Both the position numbers and the translations under genes were made by a program. The notes under the pieces were generated by a model that saw only the letters and a program-made list of their open reading frames with translations, was not told the origin of the DNA and did no database searches. Below, one piece after another: positions 45,220-54,200 of a stretch of 64,000 nt of DNA; the first letter of the stretch is position 1; each line of letters opens with the position of its first letter. The stretch covers positions 78,332 to 142,331 of the forward strand of contig JBGAJM010000002.1 in assembly GCA_044224925.1 (NCBI GenBank). Direction: 5' to 3'. The DNA is from Candidatus Kapaibacterium sp. Its GTDB lineage: Bacteria; Bacteroidota; Ignavibacteria; Kapaibacteriales; Kapaibacteriaceae.

Positions 45220-48200
45220 TTATTGACGTACGAGACGGACTGTCCAGCGTTCGTTATTCGTGGTGACAACTACGTTGTACACACCAGAGGCGAGTTGACC
45301 CATGTCAACCGTGCTCTTGAATTGACCGCCTTGAGCCATATCGTTCACACTGAGGACCTTCTCACCAACCAAGTTGAAGAGTTCGATACGAACCGAACCT
45401 GCTTCGCTTGTGATGGCCGAAACCGTGAACATTCCGTTCGTTGGGTTCGGGAAGATCTCGAGACCGTTGGTGTGACCAGCTACAACGTCATAGTCCACAT
45501 CGGTGAGGATAACGTCGAATGGCTGAGACATCGACGAGCAAGTGTTGTCATCCATGATCTCGACACGATACGTACCAGGGAGAGCTACGATGAGCTTCTG
45601 ATTCGTTGCGCCTGTGATCATTGTGCCATTGCGATACCACTGATATGCATCAGCAACACTGGAGATGGCCTTCAGTGTATCACCAGTACGGTTGATGGTC
45701 GGACGAGCTGGCAGCAGGTTCACCTTGACATTCAGATCCGGCGAAGTGGCTTCGCAACGGGTGTTGTCTGTGACCGTGACAGTGTACTTACCACCATCTG
45801 TTACTGTGATCTCGCGAGTCGTAGCACCGTTTGACCAGTAGTACGACTTGAATCCTGTTGGCGCACTCAATGTGACCGCATTTCCTTCGCAGAAGGTGAG
45901 CGGACCATTTGCTGTGACAACCGGCGAGATAGCTGGCTTCAGTGTGATCTTCACGGTGTCGGATGTACCAACGCAACCGTTGATATCAACAACGCTTACC
46001 GTGATGTTGTCTGTTTGCTTCACAACGATCGTGCGAGCGGTGCCATAGTTCGTTCCAGCGGAGCTGGACCATGTATAGCTGTTGTAGCCTGCTGGCGCTG
46101 TGACGATCACAGAGTCGCCGCTACAAACCGTTGTCGAGCCGATCGTCGTAAGAACTGGCTGTGGCTTAGCATATACGATCACTTCAACCGGTGTGGATGT
46201 ACCTGTGCAGCCATTTGTGTCGGCAATAGCCACAGTGTATTCACCGGATGTTGTTACCGTGATCGAACGCGTTGTTGCGCCATTCGACCAGCGATAGATG
46301 CTGAAGCCTGCAGGAGCTGTCAGAGTAACGCTGCCACCTTCGCAGAATGTTCTTGGACCGCTTGCCGTGATGATCGGCAGTGTGGTTGGGAAGACATTCA
46401 CTTGGATGGAATCAGAGCTATTCGAGCAACCATTGTTGTCTGTTACTACGACCCAGTACAGACCAGTGCGGTTGGCAACGATGTTGCGACCCGTTTCACC
46501 AGTGTTCCAAGCGTAGGAAGCAAATCCAAGCGGTGCGGACAGTGTGACGTCGCCACCTTGGCAGAACGTCGTCGGTCCGCTTGCTGTGACGCGAGCCGTT
46601 GGAAGTTGATTGATCGTAACGTTCAGCGTGTTGAGTACTGTACAGTTGAAGGTATTACGCTCCGACACTGTAAGAGTACCGCCACCAGGCAACGTCCACT
46701 CAACTTGTACGTTCGGCGTGCCTTGACCACCGCGGATGATACCACCCGTGATCGTCCATGCATACGTGTTGCCCGGAACACCTGGTGTACCATACGATTG
46801 GATCGTGTTCTGGCAAACGCTGTTCGGTCCGGAGATCGAAGGCGTTGGGTTCGGGTTGATCGTTACGCTGATCGACGAAGTTGTCGAGCATCCGAAGATG
46901 TTCGTGTGTGTGAGCGTGACCGTTCCGTTTTGTGGAACCGTCGTCGTGTTGAACCACTGAACTCCGATCGAGGTCGTAGCATTCGATACGATCTGACCGT
47001 TGGAAGATACCGACCACGTGTACGTGGAGATAGCTGCCGGAGTCGACGTGATGTTCGACGAATACGTTGCCGTATTGATCGTTTGTGGCGTCGTGTTCAG
47101 GTTCGTTGCACAGACCGGGCTAGGACCAGTGATGATCGGAGCGTTCGGATTTGGGTTCACGGTGATCGCACGCGAGGTTGATGTCGCGCAGACCGGCGTT
47201 ACGCCAAGAACGGTTTCCGTTACAGCCACTGTACCAGGACCTGCTGCACCCCACTGAACAGTGATCGTGTTCGAACCACCACCGCTGATGATCGAACCGC
47301 CTGTTACCGTCCATACCCACGAGTTGCCAACAACGTTCGGTGTCGTGTACGTGTGAACAGAGTTCGCACATACGTTCGGCACACCTCCTGTAGCGCTCGT
47401 GATGTTTGGCGTTGGGATTGGCTTGATGATGATCGAATCCTTCACGGTCGTTACGCATGTAGAGCCAGGAACTGTTTCCGTGACCTGCACGCTTCCACCG
47501 GCGCCCGTGCTCCAAGTGACCGTGATCGAATTCGTGTTCTGACCACCGATGATCGTACCACCAGTGACAACCCAGTTCCAAACGTTGGCTGGTGTTGCGA
47601 ACGTCGTGTAGACGTGCGTGCTACCTGCGCAAACGAGACCTGGACGTTGCGATACTGGCGAACCATAACCGGTCGTGCTGCTGATGGATGGCGTTGGGAT
47701 CGGGTTGACCTGAACCTGACGCGTGACCGTCGTAGCACAACCACCACCGGATGCAGTTTCTGTCAGCGTGATCGTTTGGAGACCTGGCTGGATCCACTGT
47801 ACCGTGATGCTGTTCGACGTTGGGAAGCCTGCTACCGGAGCGAAGCTGTTCGAAGCGGAGATCGACCAGAGGTATGTGCTACCGGCAACGGCTGGTGTCG
47901 AATACGTTTGGATCGTATTCAAACATGCTACCGTGGAACCGGAGATCACAGGTGTTGGCGTATAGGTCACGTCAACATTCTGAACGACCGTGCGCGAGCA
48001 GTTCGTACCGGCTGTTGTCTCTGTGACGCGCAGTGTACCCGTACCGATGATGTTCCAAAGAACGTTCACCGTGTTGGTGTTGCTTGCGCCAGTGATCGAA
48101 CCGCCTGTGGCCAACCAAGCATACGTGTTGCCGGCGTTGTTCTGCGTGGAATACGCGATCGTTTGACCAACGCATGCCTTGCCAACATCGCCAACAGGTG

Positions 48201-51200
48201 TCGTACGAGCGATCGCCGTTGTCGTTGGTGTCTGACCGACGCTCACAACGAGGTTCGCTGTAGCGAAGCATCCACCAGGATTGCTTGTTTCGAGTACCGA
48301 CACTGTTGCGGAGCCTGCATTGTTCCAACGTACCGAGATGGTGTTGGATGCTGCGCCGGAAAGGATCGTACCGTTTGCAGATGGAGTGATGGTCCAAGCA
48401 TACGAGCTACCAGCAGCGTTGGCTGTTGTGTAGGACTCGATGTTGCCTGTACATGTCGTTGCATTGCCAGAGATACTTGGCGATGGCTGATACGTGACGC
48501 TTACGTTCTGTGTCGCTGTACGTGAGCAGTTCGTGCCGGCTGTTGTTTCAACAACGGTCAGCGTCTGATTGCCAAGTACGTTCCACGTTACGTTCACTAC
48601 GCTGATGTTCACACCGTTGCTTGCTCCGACGAATGTACCGCCTGTCACCGACCATACATATGTATTGCCAGGTGTATTAGGTGTCGTGTATCCAACCGTC
48701 GAACCAGCACATGCTTGTGCAAGTGGCGAACCACTTGAACGAGTGATCGCTGTGAGTGTTGGCGTTTGACCAACGGTAACATTCAGTGTTGCCGAAGCGA
48801 AGCATCCACCGGCCGTAGCTGTTTCGAGTACCGATACCGTTTGTGGGCCGTTTGCGGTCCAACGAACAGTGATCGAGTTCGAACCGGCACCGGTCAAGAT
48901 CGTACCACCTGCAGAGACCGTCCATGCATAGGTGTCGCCGGCAACGTTACCCGTCGAATACGTTTCCGTATTGCCGGTACATGTTGTAGCTGCACCAGAG
49001 ATGCTTGGCGTTGGCTGATAGGTGACGTTCACAAGTTGTGTTGCTGTCTTCGAGCAGTTCGTACCGGCGGTCGTTTCTACAACCGTCAGTGTTTGCGTGC
49101 CCACAACATTCCATACAACGTTGACCGTATTGACGTTCACACCCGAGTTCGAACCCGAGAACGAACCGCCAGTAACTGTCCATGCATAGTTGTTGCCTGC
49201 GGTCAGTGTCGTTGCATATGTGATGGTCGAACCAACACATGCGCTTCCGATCGGACCAGCAGGGACAAGACGAAGGATGGCCGTTGCCGTAGGCGTTTGA
49301 CCAACCGTCACGTTCAGTGTTGCTGTTGCAGAGCAGTTACCGTTCGTTTCAACCACTTGAACCGTACGTGCACCTGCACCTGTCCAGTTCACCGTGATCG
49401 TGTTCGAAGCGGCACCGCTCAAGATCGTACCACCACCGGAAGGCAGTGTCCATGCATAGGTGCTACCGGCAACGTTACCCGTTGTGTACGTATCCGTGTT
49501 GGTCGTACATGTGGTCGCATTACCAGAGATGCTTGGAGTTGGCTGATAGGTGACGCTGACGTTCAATGTCGACAGACCCGTGCAGCTTGCGTTCAAGCCG
49601 TTGGTTTCTGTGACCGTCAGTGTCTGATTACCTACCGAAGTCCATTGTACAGTGACGATGTTCGATGAACCACCTGCTGTGATCGTACCACCTGTGACAG
49701 TCCACAAGAAGTTCGAACCGGCGTTGTTCGGGATCTGATACTGGATCGTGGAGTTATTACATGCCTGATTCAATGGCGAACCCGTTACGCGGGTGATCGC
49801 TGGAGATACTGGCTTGTAATAGACACTAACGTTCAGGTTGGCTGTTGCAGAGCAACCGCTCAACGTGTTCGTTTCCGTTACCGACAGTGTTGCAGGGTTC
49901 ACAACGTTCGGGAGTGGATTGTTCCACGTGACCGTACATGCGTTCGTAGCAGCACCGGCAGTGATGACACCGTTTGTTGGAAGCGACCAAGCGTAGGTGT
50001 TACCAGCAACGAATTGCGTGGAGTACGTTACGACGGACAATCCGCAAACTGTGTTCGGACCGTTGATCGATGGAGTTGGAGGACCAGCAACGGTGACGTT
50101 CTGGCTGACCGTTGTTGTGCACTGCGTTGCCGTTACCCACTCGTTGAGTGTCACAGAACCGTTACCAACAACTGTCCAATTCACGTTGATCGACGAAGTA
50201 CCTTGACCGGAGACGATCGTGCCATTTACTGCAGACCAGTTATAGCTGCGACCGGCGACGATCGGAGATACGGTGTATGTGACCGTTTGATTGAGGCAAG
50301 CGCCGCCAACGGTACCGCCAGCCGGAGCTGTGCGTGTGATCGTTGGTGTTGGAGCTGTCACGATCGTTACGGTCTTCGATGCAGACTTCGAGCAGTTCGT
50401 TGCAAGGATCGTTTCCGTCACAGTTACTGTGAAGGATCCGGCAACTGTCGTTTGAACAGTTGCACTTGCTGTGTTCGCGCCATTGGTAATGGAAGCATTA
50501 CCGATAACGGACCACGAGAAGGAGCTCGAAGGAGCATTGTTCTGTGTTGTGTATGTGTAAGCACGATTGTCACAGACGGCGTCCGGACCGTTCACCACAG
50601 GTGTCGGTGTTGGATTGACCGTGACGAAGCGAGTTGTCGTGTTCTGGCAACCTGCAGCGCTTACTTGTCTGAGCTTGACATAGGCATTGTTGTTCGGCGT
50701 ATCAAGCCAGTTGACCGTGATCGATGTGAGCGACAGACCGCTGCGTGTTGCAGGGCTTGCGATCGTACCGAGACCGGCACCGCTGGTGATAAGACCGCCA
50801 ACAACTTCCCAGTTGTACGTGTCTGTTGGATAGACATCAGCGGTGTAGATCACACCAGCTTGATTCTGGCAAACGCTGATCGGACCATTGACAACAGGTT
50901 GTGGCAATGGATAGACCGTTTCATTGAAGGTGTACGTGGTCGAGCAACCGCCGAGACCGGCAGGAAGCGTCACAACGCAAGTCACAACTCCAATGTTCGT
51001 TCCACCAGTAGTGTTCCATTCAGCAACGATGGAGTTCGTGTTCTGACCCGAACGGATAACACCGCTCACAGCACCGGTTGGCATGGTCCACAGGAACGTC
51101 GTGTTCACTGGGAAGACGCAAGACACAGGGCGATTGAGTGTGTACGTTTCGAGGTGAGACTCGAAGCCACCGTAGATACAGGCTTGGCTATTTCCGTCAG

Positions 51201-54200
51201 CCGATGTGATCGCAGCGTCTGCGATCGTCGGATTGACAGTGATCGTACGTGTAGTTGTATCAGCGCAAGCAAACGCGTTTGTCTCAATAAGACGGATCGT
51301 CGCTGTAACTGGGTTGTACACACCATTGCAGCTGAGGTTGTTGACGCCCCATGCAACGTTCAATGGATTGAGCGTACCAAGACCTGTATTGTTTGCCACC
51401 GTCGGTGTCGTGCCAGCAGGTGCGCCTGTGATCAACCAGTCATACGTGGTTGTTGCAGGAACAGCACTTGGACCGGCTGTGTACACTTGATTCGATGGAC
51501 CGCAAACTGTCGTCGCACCAGTGATGTTCGCAACTGGCTTCGGATTGACCGTGACAGCTGTGGCTCCAAAGACGAATGGACAGTTGCTTGCTGGTGTCGG
51601 ACGTGCATACACACCACCGCCAACCGTACGAAGACGAGCGCGAACGTCGAAGTTCACGACTGTTGGAGCAGCAGGGTTCGATGCAAGGACGGAGAGCTTC
51701 GGAATCCATACGGAAACCGGACCACCACCAACTGCACCTTGTACTTCAACGACTGGTGCCATTGAGAGTCCGTTACGACGGATCTCATATGTCACGCCAT
51801 CTTGTGTGCCCGTAAGTGTTACGAGAACATCTTGGTTCCAGCATGTTGGGTTAGCCGTGAAGGAAACAACTTGCGCTGCCGGCAGAGCGAAGACGCGTGT
51901 TGTGACCGTTGTGGGCATGACCGTCGTACATGGGATGTTCGGAGGAGGAGCAAGCGTCATATCCGTAACGCCTGTAACCTGATACTCATAGTTGTCAGCG
52001 TTCAGCAGTGGGTTACCACCGGCAGGGAACGTAGCATCTGTAAGCGTGATCGTACCACCATTGCCGGCAAGTGTCGACGATGGGATGGATACGAATGCAC
52101 CAGGAACGATCGGATTACCCGCGAAGTCGCGGATCTGACGGCGACCCAATGTGTACAGCACCCATGTCTCTGAACTTGGGACGTTGACTTGGATTCCAGT
52201 GAGATCACCTTGGCACGAGAGTGTCGTGACAATAGCTGGTGTTACCACTGCTGGTTGTGGGTTAACGAAGATCTGAGCGTTTGGCGTAACGACATACCAT
52301 CCGCAGTTCACGGCTGGTGTACCGAACGTACCATTCGTTTGCGCTGTGACGCGGAAACGATAGTCCGTTACGTTTGGAGCAACTGCTGTGTAGGCAAGCA
52401 CCGAAGCTGGGATGTTCCAAGCAAGTGCTGCACCCGAACCGGCTTGCGTAGCAACTGCACCTGGAGCCGACCAAGTAGCACCGGCATTTGTCGATACTTC
52501 AAGACGATAGGTATAACCGGCTTGCGAACTTCCTTGTGTAAGGAGAGCTGTCGAACCGGCACAGATGTTCTGTGGCGTAACACCGATCGTTTGTGCGAGC
52601 GGGATCACGTTCAGCGTCACGTTGTAGTCAAGCGTCGTTGTCTGGCATGAAGGCGGCGAAACCGGACCGTTCAATTCAGATACCTTGATCTTACCTGGCG
52701 TCGAACCATACCATGCAACGCGTACTTGCGAAGCACCAAGGATGGCCGAAACACCTGTCGTTGTTGTTGCAGCGATCGGAGTCCATGTACCACCACTGTT
52801 CGTCGAGTAGGCTACGATGTAACCGTTCGACGAGGTCCAGGAGTAGTAGTGACCTGCCACCAGTGGTGTCGAGTAGACGTTCGAACTAGCGAACGTGAAC
52901 GGACCGGCTGGCGTGAGGGCAGGATCTGTGAGTTCTTGACAGGCCGTGTTCGGACCGGAGATCACAGGTGTCGGATTTGCTTCGATGGTAAGGGTGATCG
53001 TGTTCGAGCGTGTACAGCCGTTTCCGTCTGTTGCCGTTACAGTGATGACCTTTGTTCCTACACCACCAAAGTTGTTGATCGTGAATCGATCGTTGATCGG
53101 AGCACCGGCAGGAACGTCAGATTGTACGCCTGTCAAACCACCTGTGCTAGACCATGCGAACGATACGATACCGGCACCGGAAGTGCTCGTTACGTCCAAG
53201 AATGGGAATGGCGACGAAACGCAGAACGTTGTGATGTTCGGAGTGATCGTGATCACTGGAACGGTCGGCAATGCGTTGATCGTGACATTCGTTGTCGTGA
53301 CACCGCTTACGCAGGCGCCATTTTGTGTTTGATACTGGAACGAACCAGCACCACCCGTTGGGACAAGTCCCCACGAGATCGTGATGTTGCCGAGGGCACC
53401 AGAGAAGTTGTTGGCGCCGACGATCGTACCGTTCGTAACACTTGTTACTGTGGTTGTCAAACCGGCCGTACCGTTCAACGTGTAGACGACCGTGGCACCT
53501 GCGCAAGGCGTAAGCGTACCGGCGTTATACGTTGGAGCAGCTGGCGTTTGTGTGACGTTGACGTTGTAGGTCAGCGTTGTCGTACAGTTCGAAGGTGCTG
53601 GACCAGTGATCACGTCTTGGATCGTGACAACACCCGTTCCCGAGTTGTTGTAGTTCACCGTGAAGGTTGGCGTAGCAGCTCCTGCAGAGCTCGCTACGAA
53701 TCCGATACCTGCTGTGATCGACCATGCATGTGCCGAGATCGGACCACCAACGGTGTTGTTCACAACCGTGTAGTTCTGATTGAGTGCACCACCGCAGACC
53801 GCATTTGGTCCGCTGATGTTGCCGTTCGGACGTGGTACGATCGTGATCGTATACGTCTCAACAGCCGAGCAACCTGCAAGGTTCGCATACTCATGGCTGA
53901 TCGAGCCTGTTGTACCTGCACCCCATGTAACTGTGAAGTTACCGAGACCGGCAAACGATGTCGTCGAAGCCGTGAAGGCACCTGACGAGGCCGTGATCGT
54001 ACCACCAATGATATTGAAGGTGTGGTTGTCCGCACCCAACGTCACTGTGTATACGTTAAGGGTCGAGTTCGCACAAGGATTCGTACCAGGCGCAATGCCA
54101 GGTCCGGTAAGTGTGAACGCTGCTGCATTTGGAGTTGCTTGAACCGTCAAGTTGAACGTGCTGGTACCGGAGCAGCTGTACGTTGCAGGTGTTACTTCCG

